Below are positions 40,201-50,824 of a stretch of 64,000 nt of DNA, in pieces. Numbering within the stretch: position 1 is the stretch's first letter; every line of letters begins with the position of its first letter. This DNA comes from an uncultured Helicobacter sp. GTDB lineage: Bacteria; Campylobacterota; Campylobacteria; Campylobacterales; UBA6016. The DNA lies in NCBI GenBank assembly GCA_964630205.1, contig CAZVTM010000001.1, positions 27,069 through 91,068 on the forward strand, written 5' to 3'. A program made the translations under genes and the position numbers. Below the pieces are notes generated by a model. That model searched no databases and had not been told where the DNA came from. It saw nothing but the letters and a program-made list of their open reading frames with translations.

Positions 40201-41220
40201 ATGAGCTTAAAAAATTACACTTTTTTTTCTTTTATCTATGTGTGTCTTATTGGGCTGATAGCAATGTTCAATGCGAGCGGTGGAGACTATAGTCTTTCGT
40301 TTTTAGGCTTTACGTATACGTTACCGATTGCCGTATGGATGGTAGTCCCTTTGATACTATTTTTTGTGGCGACAATGGCGCATATGGGTTATTACGGGCT
40401 TGTAAATTACCTCAAAATCAGCTCTTACAAACACGACTTCGAGACGCTAATCGATCAAATAAGTTCGAAATTTCTGGGTCACGAAGAGGAAAAAGAGTAC
40501 AAAAATAGCGAGTTTAAGACTCTTGCCGATTTTATAGTTCAGTGCGATATTAAGCCAAAAAGTAGATTTAAGCTCAATATCCCAAAAATAGACAAAGTAG
40601 CGGAGACTATTCATAAGATAGAGGATCTTGGCGAGTTTGTTGATATATCAAAATATAGGCTTTCAAAAGATAACGCCTTGATGCAAAAAAATATGGAAAA
40701 CAGAATTGTTCTGGAGCCTAAATATGCCGAAGAGGTATTAAAATCTTGCGACAAACTAACGGATCTTTGCCAAAAAGCGTTTGATACGTATGTTGAATTT
40801 GGCGATCTAAAACAAATCAAAAAACTAGATATTACACCTACAAAAGCTATTGCTATCAAGCTGATTACTAGATTTAGCGGTACGGATGAAGAGTTTGAGC
40901 TTGATAAGGAGTATGTAAAAGAGCTTTGTGCCGTAACTAAATTCGGCAAAGATGATTATATAAGCCTTGCCAAAACATTAATTAGAAAGCTAAATCCGGA
41001 TGAGACCTTGGAGCTATTCTTTATATTGTCAAGAGATAATCTTGAGGCGATAGGCGCATACATCTATGTTAATCTCGAGCTAGAAGTAATCGATAAAGCA
41101 AAAGAGCTTCTATCTCAAAGCGGTGACGATGAATTCTTGGAGTTCAAAGCATTTTTGTGCCTAAAAGAAAAAGGCAAAAACCTAAGACTATCAAGCTTCC
41201 TAGAAGCATTGCAAAAGTAA
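40201..41220 (+). CDS. conserved hypothetical membrane protein
   Basis: 339 aa with two N-terminal TM helices and a helical soluble domain. It lies between dksA and dus, as in C. jejuni (from memory). Confidence 0.5.
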   Translation: MSLKNYTFFSFIYVCLIGLIAMFNASGGDYSLSFLGFTYTLPIAVWMVVPLILFFVATMAHMGYYGLVNYLKISSYKHDFETLIDQISSKFLGHEEEKEYKNSEFKTLADFIVQCDIKPKSRFKLNIPKIDKVAETIHKIEDLGEFVDISKYRLSKDNALMQKNMENRIVLEPKYAEEVLKSCDKLTDLCQKAFDTYVEFGDLKQIKKLDITPTKAIAIKLITRFSGTDEEFELDKEYVKELCAVTKFGKDDYISLAKTLIRKLNPDETLELFFILSRDNLEAIGAYIYVNLELEVIDKAKELLSQSGDDEFLEFKAFLCLKEKGKNLRLSSFLEALQK

Positions 41221-41223
41221 CAA

Positions 41224-42159
41224 ATGCCTTCTCTTCCCTTTGGTCCCGATTTTACCGTATTAGCCCCTCTTGCGGGTTATACGGATCTCCCTTTCCGCTC
41301 AGTTGTAAAAAAATTTGGCGTTGACCTCACGGTTAGCGAGATGATAAGCTCCAACGCCCTTGCTTATGCCAGTAAAAAAACAAAAAAAATAGCCGAAAAA
41401 AGCGAACGAGAGACCCCATACTCCGTGCAGATAGCCGGATATAAAGAAGATGTCGTCAAAAGGGCAGTAGAGGTGCTCAATGACATGGACGGTATCGATA
41501 TTATAGACCTCAACTGCGGCTGCCCTGCGCCAAAAGTGGTCGGAAACAACAGCGGAAGCGGACTACTAAAAGATTTGCCGCAGATGTCTAGGCTCATTGA
41601 GACAATCAAAAAAACATCCAACAAAGAGTATACATCTTGCAAAATCCGTCTCGGTTTTGAGGGCAAGCACGGTGTAGAGATAGCGAAAATCTGCGAAGAT
41701 AGCGGTGCTGACTTTATAGCCGTACATGGGCGTACACGGGCTATGAAATTTGGCGGCGAGGTGGATTACGAAGCGATAGGAGAGATAAAAGCGGCGGTTA
41801 AAATACCGGTTATCGCAAACGGCGATATAACGAGCTTTGAAAAAGCCAAATATGTCTCCGAGCTTACAGGGTGCGACGGTATCATGATAGGACGCGCCGC
41901 CATCGGAAATCCTTGGATATTCTATCAAATCAAACAAGGAAGCGCAGAGGTACCTAGCGGGCTAAAAAGAGAGGTCGTACTGGAGCATTTTGATGAGATG
42001 GTTAGATTTCACGGCGAGCGAGGTGTGATAATGTTTCGTAAGCATCTGCATACATACTCAAAAGGGATTGATGGTGCTACGTCGTTTCGTGTGCTTGTGA
42101 ACAAAATAGCAGACCCGAGACTGATGAGAGAGCACATTGGAGAGTTTTTTAGCGTTTAG
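41224..42159 (+). CDS. tRNA-dihydrouridine synthase
   Basis: 311 aa with LAPLAGYTD.PFR, DLNCGCP, VHGRTR and IANGDI. Confidence 0.9.
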   Translation: MPSLPFGPDFTVLAPLAGYTDLPFRSVVKKFGVDLTVSEMISSNALAYASKKTKKIAEKSERETPYSVQIAGYKEDVVKRAVEVLNDMDGIDIIDLNCGCPAPKVVGNNSGSGLLKDLPQMSRLIETIKKTSNKEYTSCKIRLGFEGKHGVEIAKICEDSGADFIAVHGRTRAMKFGGEVDYEAIGEIKAAVKIPVIANGDITSFEKAKYVSELTGCDGIMIGRAAIGNPWIFYQIKQGSAEVPSGLKREVVLEHFDEMVRFHGERGVIMFRKHLHTYSKGIDGATSFRVLVNKIADPRLMREHIGEFFSV

Positions 42160-42458
42160 TTTTTTAGCGCAAATTGCGTTTTGAAATATGCTCCTTTGTT
42201 GCCGTCTGCAGTGAACTCCATCGGCACCACCGTCTCTTTGCCACATACGTCATAGGTCCAATTCTCTTGCCATTTCCCACTAATCAAGAATACCTTTTCC
42301 ATGCCCGCCTCTTTGAGCGGTAAATATTCCGCACCTTCAACTTCACCGATTTTATTTACTTTGACGAGCTTGACGTTTTTTGTTTCACATTTATCTGCCT
42401 TGCTGATTCCGTATACATTTACCATTGCCGACACCATTGCGTTTGGTTGTGCATCCAC
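42156..42458 (-). CDS. hypothetical protein
   Basis: 100-aa ORF with a GTG start, no signal peptide and no motif recognised. It starts 8 nt after the putative Sel1 pseudogene stop. Confidence 0.35.
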   Translation of the reverse strand: MDAQPNAMVSAMVNVYGISKADKCETKNVKLVKVNKIGEVEGAEYLPLKEAGMEKVFLISGKWQENWTYDVCGKETVVPMEFTADGNKGAYFKTQFALKN

Positions 42459-42465
42459 GAGGAGC

Positions 42466-43077
42466 TTAAAAGTCGCCCTTGGTATCGCCTAATTTATTTA
42501 CAAGTTCTAGTTTTTGTCTAATTTGTTCAAACATCGGCATTGACGGGCCGATAGCTCTGGCGATATTTAGAGCTTTTTTTATTGTTGTTTTCACCTATGC
42601 TTTCATAATAGGCTACGCCTAAAATCAATATCGCTAGGCCATAGTTTTTGCGTGCGGAGCGCATCAGCATATCGTATGCTTTTATGTCAAGCGCCCTCTC
42701 TTTAATACTTCTTTTGCGCAGAGTTTCATACTTTTGATAATCGACTTTTCCGTTTTCCAAAAAGCTAAATTCTGGATCGCTATAAAAAGCGGTAAATACG
42801 AGATACATACCTTCAGCATTGCCGGCTTGTGCGCTTTCTCTGGCTAGGGCTCTTGCTTTTTGAATATCTTTTTTATGCCCCTTGTCGAAAAAACCAAGAT
42901 ACAGTTTTGCTAATGCGTTTTTGCTTCCACATTTCCGTTTTGAGATCCATTTTCGAACAATTTTGCCGCTTGTTCAAACTCTTTTTTTTGTAAAGCCAAC
43001 ATGCCGTCTTCGTATTCACCTGCGAAAAGGAAAGTTGCGGAGAGTGACAATGTGGCCGCAAAAAATATTTTCTTCAC
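42466..43077 (-). pseudogene. secreted Sel1-like repeat (Hcp-type) protein with two frameshifts
   Basis: GTG 43077 is preceded by AAGGA, and the signal peptide reads MKKIFFAATLSLSATFLFAG. Repeats follow (..NGNVEAK | NALAKLYLGFFDKGHKKDIQKARALARESAQAGNAEGMY.. | ..GLAILILGVAYYES..). The frame changes at the A5 run (plus T5 42918-42922) and probably at the A7 run (plus T7 42574-42580). Confidence 0.65.
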
Positions 43078-43081
43078 TTTA

Positions 43082-43942
43082 TTAGTAGTTTCCTTCTGCT
43101 TTTATACGGTATTCGTCGAAGTTTGATAGTTGCTGTTGCGGCTTTAGAAATTCACTCAATTTTCTTTCGTTTTCTGCCATTATTCGCTTAAAATCATCGT
43201 TTTGTAAATCAGCGCCGTCCGAGTAATATCTATCAACCACCACGTTGGTGTTCCCAACCAAAAGCAAGTATTTGATGCCGTTGTATTCGACCAGCATTAA
43301 TTTGTTACTTGGGTCTAAAAAGCTTTGGCTTATTACCTGCACCTCTTCTGTCGCCCCATCTGATTTATGCGAGCTAGGGAGTAGCCATCCGCCTTTTGCC
43401 GCAGCGCTTTTGCCCACGACACGCTTTTTGATATAAAAAGCTATTGCTACGAGAAACGTAAGGAAGGATACGACTACTACATATCTCCAGCTTACATCAT
43501 CGTCTGTTTGAGGTTTTGCCGTTGACAAAGCAGGTTGCTTCTGGGGTTGTGTAGCATTTGTCTCTGTGACCGGGGTTGGTATATGGGGGATAACTTTTAG
43601 TTGTAGTTTGTAGCCGTCATTGTTTTTGAGAGCCTCAAAAGATATCTCTTTTTTTGTTGCAAACTCCAACTTTACAGCCGAAGCTCCCTCTTTGGTCATT
43701 GTAACTCTGGATATGAGAGGGTTTTGCGTTAAAGATAAATCTTTTTTTGAATCTATAGCTATTCCAGATATTTTTAGTATCGTACCGTTTTCAGTGGCGT
43801 CTTGTTCGATATAGCCCTCAAAAGGGGCGTCGAAGGATAGATTTATCTCGACCGATTCTTGATTTTCGTTGACGCTCATAGATAGGAGGCTGGCGGCAAA
43901 CATATTCACCGCCAAAACTAATGCTAAAAATAGACTTCTCAT
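43082..43942 (-). CDS. fliO: FliO-like flagellar export protein with large N-terminal periplasmic domain
   Basis: 286 aa with a signal/anchor, a ~150-aa domain, a Pro/Thr/Gln linker, a TM helix (WRYVVVVSFLTFLVAIAFYI) and a C-terminal L.LVEYNGIKYLLLVG block. It lies immediately downstream of fliN, as in Campylobacter/Helicobacter. Confidence 0.55.
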   Translation of the reverse strand: MRSLFLALVLAVNMFAASLLSMSVNENQESVEINLSFDAPFEGYIEQDATENGTILKISGIAIDSKKDLSLTQNPLISRVTMTKEGASAVKLEFATKKEISFEALKNNDGYKLQLKVIPHIPTPVTETNATQPQKQPALSTAKPQTDDDVSWRYVVVVSFLTFLVAIAFYIKKRVVGKSAAAKGGWLLPSSHKSDGATEEVQVISQSFLDPSNKLMLVEYNGIKYLLLVGNTNVVVDRYYSDGADLQNDDFKRIMAENERKLSEFLKPQQQLSNFDEYRIKAEGNY

Positions 43943-44316
43943 TATTTCTCTTTGGAAAAGTATTCGATAACTGTTTTTGAGTCAAGTATTTCATTGACCC
44001 TGATTGCAAGATTTTTTTCATATACCATGATTTCACCCTTGCCGATGATGCGTTGGTTGATGAATATCTCGACAGATTCGCCGGCAGGCTTTCGTAGGTC
44101 TATAATAGAGCCTTTCTGGAGTTTGAGTATCTCTGCGAGACTTAACTCCACTGTTCCCAAATATGAAGAAAATTCGACTTGCATATCAAGAAGTCCGGAG
44201 TAGTCGATGAGCAACTCCTCGGCCGTATAGACCCTCTCTTCTTTGAGGCTTTCCAAACTTTTTGTCAGTTCAGCCTCATTTACTTTCTGCAAAATATCTA
44301 GAGTATCCTCTTCCAT
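43942..44316 (-). CDS. fliN: flagellar motor switch protein FliN
   Basis: 124 aa with a SpoA-type C-domain (LKLQKGSIIDLRKPAGESVEIFINQRIIGKGEIMVYEKNLAIRV). Confidence 0.85.
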   Translation of the reverse strand: MEEDTLDILQKVNEAELTKSLESLKEERVYTAEELLIDYSGLLDMQVEFSSYLGTVELSLAEILKLQKGSIIDLRKPAGESVEIFINQRIIGKGEIMVYEKNLAIRVNEILDSKTVIEYFSKEK

Positions 44317-44418
44317 TTTTTCTCTTTATTGGCTTGTTGTTTCTAGGTTCTATTCTACTTCAATTTAACATAAAATTTTGCGCCAAAAAGGTATAATTGA
44401 CCCTTTGTAGAGGGTTTG

Positions 44419-45168
44419 ATGGATATTTTTTTGGTAACTACCGGTTTTTTAGCCGGAACTCTTAGCGGTTTTTTCGGTGTCGGCGGCGGAACTATTACCG
44501 TCCCTCTGCTTATAGCGCTTGGACTCGGCATTAAAGAAGCTATAGCGGTGTCTGCTTTGCAGATGAGTTTTAGCTCCGTGTTTGGATCATATATAAATTA
44601 TAAAAAATCAGTTTTTGATGCTAAGGCTGCAACCCCATTTTTGCTGGGCGGTGCTTTTGGCGGTGTTTTAGGTGCATATTTTACGGGGATTGCAAACGAT
44701 AAAACACTTGCCGTAATTTTGATAGTATTTATGATATTTACGGTTGTGAAGCTATTTTTTTCTCCTGCCGCAAGGGAGGCAAATGAGGAAAAAAACAATC
44801 CGCCGCTATTTTTTGTGATAGGGCTTTTTATTGGGGCGCTTGGTTCATCAGTCGGTATAGGCGGCGCATTACTGTTGGCTCCGGTGCTTGTTGGTTTTTT
44901 GGGGTTTGGACTCAAAAAAGCAATAGGGGTTACACTTTTTTATGTCATATCGACTAGTGTATTTGCGGCTACAAGTTTTTATATCGCCGGTATGCTTGAC
45001 GTTATAAAAGCTCTTCAGGTAGCCGTTCCGTCAATATTTGGAGTATATCTCGGTATCTATATGGCCTCCAAGACGGAAGCCAATAAACATAAGGGGCTAA
45101 TGTTGGCTCTTTATGTGTTTATCACCGCTTCGTTAATTTTTGAGTTTTTTGGAAGAGATGATGGATAA
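44419..45168 (+). CDS. TauE/SafE family sulfite/anion exporter
   Basis: ~249 aa with 7-8 TM helices and duplicated G.GGG...VP motifs. Confidence 0.8.
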   Translation: MDIFLVTTGFLAGTLSGFFGVGGGTITVPLLIALGLGIKEAIAVSALQMSFSSVFGSYINYKKSVFDAKAATPFLLGGAFGGVLGAYFTGIANDKTLAVILIVFMIFTVVKLFFSPAAREANEEKNNPPLFFVIGLFIGALGSSVGIGGALLLAPVLVGFLGFGLKKAIGVTLFYVISTSVFAATSFYIAGMLDVIKALQVAVPSIFGVYLGIYMASKTEANKHKGLMLALYVFITASLIFEFFGRDDG

Positions 45169-48013
45169 AATAAGAGTATACGGCGCAAGAGAGAACAATT
45201 TAAAAAATATAAATATAGAGTTGCCTAAAAACAAGCTTGTAGTGTTTACGGGCTTAAGCGGTAGCGGTAAATCCACCCTTGCGTTCGATACGCTTTACGC
45301 CGAGGGGCAAAGAAGATATATCGAAAGCCTCAGCAGCTATGCTAGACAGTTTCTTGATAGGGTTGGCAAACCGGATGTTGATAAGATAGACGGACTCACT
45401 CCGGCCATTGCGATAGACCAGAAAACTACTAGCAAAAACCCACGCTCAACGGTCGGGACGATAACCGAGATATACGACTATATGAGGCTTTTGTATGCCC
45501 GTATCGGCGTACAGCACTGCCACCTGTGCGGCAAGCCGATTAGCTCCATGAGCGCACAAGATATTATAGGTGAAGTTCTCAAGCTCCCAAAAGAGGCCAA
45601 AATAATGATCCTATCCCCCGTTGTTAACGAAAAAAAAGGGACTTTTGAGACGGAGCTTGAGAGACTAAGGCAAAAAGGGTTTGTCCGCGTCCAAATCGAC
45701 GGCGTGCTAACAAGGCTCGATGAAGAGATAACGCTCTCAAAAACCAAAAAACATACGATAAAACTAGTCGTAGACAGAATAAGCGCAACCGAAGAAAATA
45801 AAGCCCGTGTTGCCGATGCCGTTGAAAAAGCGTTAAAAGAGAGTTTAGGGGTTGTAGAAGTAGAAATCACGAACGCAAAAGAGCTGGAGCTAGAAACCCA
45901 TCACCTGCTGTTTAGCGAGCACTCGGCTTGTTTTGATTGCAAAGTATCTTTTGAACCTCTCGAGCCTCTATCTTTTTCTTTCAACTCCATCAAGGGGGCT
46001 TGCCAACACTGTGACGGGCTTGGGATGAGGCACACCATAGATATGGACAAGGTCGTGGATGTAGAGCTTGCCATCGATGATGGCGCCGTAAAAGTGATGT
46101 ATGGGTTTAACAAAGGATATTACGCCAGTCTTTTAAAGGCGTTTTGTGAAGCGGAGAAGATACCGACCAATAAGCCGTTTCGTGAGCTTGAGGAGTACCA
46201 AAAAAGAGCAATATTGAGCGGTAGCAGCACCGAGGTGTCCGTAAAATTCAAAACCTATGATGTAACGAGAAAGTGGCAGGGTGTCATCAAATACGCCTAC
46301 GATATCCTCAAAGATGACAAAGATTTTGAAAACTACATGATAGAAAAAAAGTGCGAAGCGTGTGGCGGACACAGGCTAAAGCCTGAATCCTTGGCGGTCA
46401 AGGTTGCTGGATACGGTATTGCCGATATGATAGGTATGCCCATAGACAAGCTCTACTCCGTATTTGAAAATGCGGATGACTTTGACGGCGGCAAGAGCGT
46501 ATTTGAGTATCTAGGTGAACAAGAGCGAAAGATTGCTCTTTCGATACTAAAAGAGATAAAAGAGAGGCTATTTTTCCTATACGATGTCGGGCTCGGGTAT
46601 CTATCTCTAGGCAGAGATGCTAGAAGTATCAGTGGCGGCGAGGCACAGCGTATTAGGATAGCCTCGCAGATAGGTAGTGGGCTAACGGGCGTCATGTATG
46701 TAGTGGATGAGCCTAGTATCGGGCTTCACGAGAGAGATACGATGAAGCTTATCCGCACGATGCGTTCATTGCAAAAAAAAGGAAATACCGTCATAGTCGT
46801 CGAGCATGACAAAAAGACGATAGAGGAAGCCGACCACATCGTCGATATAGGTCCTGGGGCTGGAAAATTCGGCGGTGAGGTTGTATTTGAAGGGAATCTA
46901 AAAGAGCTAATGAGCTCAGATACGCAGACGGCAAAATACCTCAGCGGTGAGAAAAAGATAGAGTATTTTTATAGAAGAGCTCAAAACGAGTATATCGAGA
47001 TAGCAGGGGTAAACCTCAACAATATCGAAAATTTGAGTGTCAAAATTCCGCTCAAAAACCTCGTATGTATCACGGGTGTATCTGGAAGCGGCAAAAGCTC
47101 CCTTATTATTCAGACGCTTTTACCCGTAGCAAGAGAGCTTCTAAATAACGCTAGAAAAGTGCAAAAGATAGCTGGCGTAGAGATAAAAGGTCTTGAAAAA
47201 CTAGACAAAGTAATATATCTAGACCAAAGCCCAATAGGCAGAACGCCTCGCTCAAATCCTGCTACATACACGGGTGTAATGGACGACATCCGAAATCTAT
47301 TTGCCGAGACCAAAGAGGCGAAAATAAGAGGGTACGGTCCGGGGCGATTTAGCTTCAATGTCAAGGGTGGCAGATGTGAGAAGTGTCAAGGCGAGGGTGA
47401 AATCAAGATAGAGATGCACTTTTTGCCCGACATCATGGTCAAGTGCGACGCTTGTCACGGGACTAGATACAATGAGCAAACGCTAGAGATAGAATACAAG
47501 GGCAAAAACATATCACAAGTGCTCTCTATGAGCGTGGACGAGGCGCTAGAGTTTTTCAAGGCGGTGCCGAAAATCTATCAAAAACTCAAAACCCTTCAAG
47601 ATGTAGGGCTTGGCTATATTACGCTTGGACAAAACGCCGTTACGCTATCGGGTGGCGAGGCGCAGAGAATCAAAGTCTCAAAAGAGCTGAGCCGCAAGGA
47701 TACGGGCAAAACTCTATACATATTAGACGAGCCGACCACAGGGCTGCATTTTGCCGACATAGATAGGCTGACGGGTGTGCTTCACAAGCTTGTTGAGCTA
47801 GAAAATTCGGTCGTGGTGATAGAGCACAATCTAGATGTAATCAAAAACGCAGACTACATCATAGATATGGGGCCTGAAGGCGGAAGCGGCGGCGGCAAGG
47901 TGGTTGCGGTCGGTAGTCCCGAAGAGGTGGCAAAAAGCGGTATAGGCTATACGGCGCAGTTTTTGGCTGAGGAATTGGGTATAAAAGAATCAAATAAAAA
48001 GGGTAAAAAATAG
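45158..48013 (+). CDS. uvrA: excinuclease ABC subunit A
   Basis: [18 protein letters not shown], two [17 protein letters not shown] Walker A motifs, Zn-finger Cys clusters and two LSGGE signatures. ATG 45158 is preferred to TTG 45140. Confidence 0.97.
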   Translation: MMDKIRVYGARENNLKNINIELPKNKLVVFTGLSGSGKSTLAFDTLYAEGQRRYIESLSSYARQFLDRVGKPDVDKIDGLTPAIAIDQKTTSKNPRSTVGTITEIYDYMRLLYARIGVQHCHLCGKPISSMSAQDIIGEVLKLPKEAKIMILSPVVNEKKGTFETELERLRQKGFVRVQIDGVLTRLDEEITLSKTKKHTIKLVVDRISATEENKARVADAVEKALKESLGVVEVEITNAKELELETHHLLFSEHSACFDCKVSFEPLEPLSFSFNSIKGACQHCDGLGMRHTIDMDKVVDVELAIDDGAVKVMYGFNKGYYASLLKAFCEAEKIPTNKPFRELEEYQKRAILSGSSTEVSVKFKTYDVTRKWQGVIKYAYDILKDDKDFENYMIEKKCEACGGHRLKPESLAVKVAGYGIADMIGMPIDKLYSVFENADDFDGGKSVFEYLGEQERKIALSILKEIKERLFFLYDVGLGYLSLGRDARSISGGEAQRIRIASQIGSGLTGVMYVVDEPSIGLHERDTMKLIRTMRSLQKKGNTVIVVEHDKKTIEEADHIVDIGPGAGKFGGEVVFEGNLKELMSSDTQTAKYLSGEKKIEYFYRRAQNEYIEIAGVNLNNIENLSVKIPLKNLVCITGVSGSGKSSLIIQTLLPVARELLNNARKVQKIAGVEIKGLEKLDKVIYLDQSPIGRTPRSNPATYTGVMDDIRNLFAETKEAKIRGYGPGRFSFNVKGGRCEKCQGEGEIKIEMHFLPDIMVKCDACHGTRYNEQTLEIEYKGKNISQVLSMSVDEALEFFKAVPKIYQKLKTLQDVGLGYITLGQNAVTLSGGEAQRIKVSKELSRKDTGKTLYILDEPTTGLHFADIDRLTGVLHKLVELENSVVVIEHNLDVIKNADYIIDMGPEGGSGGGKVVAVGSPEEVAKSGIGYTAQFLAEELGIKESNKKGKK

Positions 48014-48802
48014 ATGCAAAGCGGTTTTGGAAAAAACACTATAAAAAATCATATAAAAGATGTAAAAGCCGATGATCCATGGAGTGTTTTTAAGATAATG
48101 TCAAATTTCGTAGAAGGATTTGACGTACTAAAAGATGTTGGACCTTCGGTTACTTTTTTCGGTAGTGCCAGACTAAAGCCGGGGAGCAGATACTATGAGG
48201 AGGCTAGAAGGCTTGCCTTTATGTATGCCGAGAGCGGGTTTAATGTAGTAACCGGCGGTAGCAACGGCATTATGGAGGCGGCAAACAAAGGGGCATTTGA
48301 AAGCGGAAAAACGGAGTCAATAGGGCTAAATATACAGCTTCCGCATGAGCAAAAATCAAATCCTTATACGACTATGAGCGTAGAGTTTGATTACTTTTTT
48401 GTCCGCAAGGTAATGCTTGTAAAATACTCTTATGCATACATCGTATTTCCAGGCGGTTTTGGTACTTTTGACGAGCTTTTCGAGGCTCTTACGCTTGTGC
48501 AGACAGGTAAGATATTTCCTATTAGTATCATCCTTGTGGGCGTTGACTTCTGGACCCCTATGATGGAATTTTTGAAAAAGAGTCCGCTCGAGCTTGGAAC
48601 CATATCCCCGCAGGATTTGGATCTTATTAAGCTAACCGATGACCCGGAGGAGGCTATAATGATAACAAAGCAAAATATTATAAACAAGCTTGATGAGCTC
48701 GAAAAAGAGGGTCTTCAAGAGAGCGAAGTATATCAAGGACTTTTAAACCTCTATTCAAGGGAGTCTTGCAGTCTGGATTTGGCGATAAAAAATGGCAAAT
48801 AA
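48014..48802 (+). CDS. LOG-family (TIGR00730-type) nucleotide phosphoribohydrolase
   Basis: GGS.GIMEA and PGGFGTFDELFE motifs. Confidence 0.8.
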   Translation: MQSGFGKNTIKNHIKDVKADDPWSVFKIMSNFVEGFDVLKDVGPSVTFFGSARLKPGSRYYEEARRLAFMYAESGFNVVTGGSNGIMEAANKGAFESGKTESIGLNIQLPHEQKSNPYTTMSVEFDYFFVRKVMLVKYSYAYIVFPGGFGTFDELFEALTLVQTGKIFPISIILVGVDFWTPMMEFLKKSPLELGTISPQDLDLIKLTDDPEEAIMITKQNIINKLDELEKEGLQESEVYQGLLNLYSRESCSLDLAIKNGK

Positions 48803-49817
48803 ACGTGTAGTAGTAGCAATGAGCGGTGGAGTGGACAGCTCCATGACGGCAAAGAGAATGGTGGATGCCGGATATGAAGTGCTTGGGGTGTATCTAAAGC
48901 TGCACGGTAACGAGGTCTCCCATGCCTCAAACATAGCAAACATAGAAAAAGTGTCAAAATATCTTGGGATTAAATACGAAATTATTCCACTCAAAGAGAG
49001 CTTTGAGAAATTTGTCATCAATCCGTTTATCGAATACTACAAAAGTGGGTTGACACCAAATCCTTGCACGTTTTGCAACCGTGAGATAAAGTTTGGTGCA
49101 CTGGTACGGTTTGCCGTAGAACGGGGATACGACTATTTGGCCACGGGGCATTACGTCAGATGCGACGGAAGTTTTTTTTATGAGGCTATCGATAGAAGCA
49201 AAGATCAAAGCTATTTTTTATTTAACGTTAAAAGAGAAATCTTGCCGCGCCTTATATTTCCGCTCGGTGAAACTATAAAGGCAAAGCTCAAAGAGGAGGC
49301 TTCTAGGATACCGGAAATAGCCTCTTTAAGCACTCAAAAAGAGAGCTCGGAAATATGTTTTGTTAGCGAAAACTACATAGAAACCCTAAAAGAGCTCGGG
49401 ATAGAGACAGACGGCACCGGCAAGGTTGTCGACGAGAGCGGGAAAGAGGTTGGTGTCCATAAGGGCTTTATGCACTATACGGTTGGACAGCGCAAGGGAT
49501 TTGACGTGCCTCTGTCACATGTGCCGCTGTATGTCAAAGAAATAGATGCCGAAAATAACAAAGTTGTTGTTTGTGAAAAAGACGGAATATATGCTGAGTC
49601 TTTAGAGGCGGAGAACTTAAATATGTTTACGGATGATGTTAATTTTGATTGCGAAGTCAAGGTTAGATACAGAAGCGAGAAAACTCCGGCAACCGTTGAG
49701 ATAAAGAATGGTATAGCGCATATAAAACTAAAAAATCCGCAATTTGCCATAGCCAAAGGTCAAGCTGCCGTCTTTTATGACGGAGAAAAGGTTTTGGGCG
49801 GCGGATACATATCCTAA
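48792..49817 (+). CDS. mnmA: tRNA 2-thiouridine(34) synthase
   Basis: VVVAMSGGVDSS P-loop, NPC..CN..IKF and ATGHY. Confidence 0.93.
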   Translation: MANKRVVVAMSGGVDSSMTAKRMVDAGYEVLGVYLKLHGNEVSHASNIANIEKVSKYLGIKYEIIPLKESFEKFVINPFIEYYKSGLTPNPCTFCNREIKFGALVRFAVERGYDYLATGHYVRCDGSFFYEAIDRSKDQSYFLFNVKREILPRLIFPLGETIKAKLKEEASRIPEIASLSTQKESSEICFVSENYIETLKELGIETDGTGKVVDESGKEVGVHKGFMHYTVGQRKGFDVPLSHVPLYVKEIDAENNKVVVCEKDGIYAESLEAENLNMFTDDVNFDCEVKVRYRSEKTPATVEIKNGIAHIKLKNPQFAIAKGQAAVFYDGEKVLGGGYIS

Positions 49818-49836
49818 TCCCCTCAAAGCCGAATTT

Positions 49837-49845
49837 TGGTACAAT
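49837..49845 (+). promoter_or_regulatory. candidate extended -10 (TGgTACAAT) promoter of prs
   Basis: TTTTGGTACAAT lies 32 nt upstream of the prs ATG. Confidence 0.3.
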
Positions 49846-49876
49846 CCCGAAACTAAAAAGCTTTGAGGTAAAAACC

Positions 49877-50809
49877 ATGAGAGGTTACAAAATCTTTTCC
49901 GGCAGCGCCCACCCCGTGCTTGCCGAGAATATTTCAAAATATTTGGATGTTGGCTTGTCGCAGTCAAATATCGCCAAGTTTTCTGATGGCGAGATAAACT
50001 GCCAAATCAGTGAGAGCGTCAGGGGTAGAGATGTGTTTATCATCCAACCGACATGCGCTCCGACAAACGACAATCTTATGGAGCTGCTCATTATGACGGA
50101 CGCCATCAGACGAAGCTCCGCTAAGTCTATTACGGCGGTTATCCCGTATTTTGGGTATGCGAGACAAGATAGAAAAGCGGCTCCTAGAGTGCCTATTACC
50201 TCAAAACTTGTTGCGAACTTGATTGAAACTGCCGGTATCACAAGGGTTGTGACTATGGATTTGCACGCAGGTCAAATCCAAGGCTTTTTTGATATTCCGG
50301 TCGACAACCTCTACGGTTCTACCGTGTTTGTGGACTATATCAAAAACAAAAACCTCAAAAATCCTATCATAGCAAGTCCAGATGTAGGCGGTGTGGCTAG
50401 AGCTAGAAGTATGGCGAGCAAAATGGGTCTTGACCTTGTGATAGTAGACAAAAGAAGAGAAAAAGCCAACAAAAGCGAAGTTATGAACATCATAGGCGAC
50501 GTTGAAGGCAAAGATGTTGTTTTGGTAGATGATATCATCGATACCGCCGGTACGATAGTGCAAGCTGCTGCGGCTCTAAAAGCCAAAGGTGCAACATCCG
50601 TAATGGCTTGCTGTACGCACGGAGTTCTATCCGGTCCCGCTTTTGACAGAATCGAAAAAGGGGAGCTTGATGAGCTTGTAATTACCGATACGATACCGCA
50701 CAATACGCAGTCTCCTAAGGTGACGGTGCTTACGATATCTAGCATATTCGGCGAAGTGATAAGACGCGTTTATCACAACGAAAGCGTAAATAGCCTATTT
50801 CTAGTCTAA
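49877..50809 (+). CDS. prs: ribose-phosphate pyrophosphokinase
   Basis: 310 aa with F.DGE, YFGYARQDRK and VLVDDIIDTAGT. Confidence 0.95.
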   Translation: MRGYKIFSGSAHPVLAENISKYLDVGLSQSNIAKFSDGEINCQISESVRGRDVFIIQPTCAPTNDNLMELLIMTDAIRRSSAKSITAVIPYFGYARQDRKAAPRVPITSKLVANLIETAGITRVVTMDLHAGQIQGFFDIPVDNLYGSTVFVDYIKNKNLKNPIIASPDVGGVARARSMASKMGLDLVIVDKRREKANKSEVMNIIGDVEGKDVVLVDDIIDTAGTIVQAAAALKAKGATSVMACCTHGVLSGPAFDRIEKGELDELVITDTIPHNTQSPKVTVLTISSIFGEVIRRVYHNESVNSLFLV

Positions 50810-50824
50810 ATAAAGGAGGGCGAG

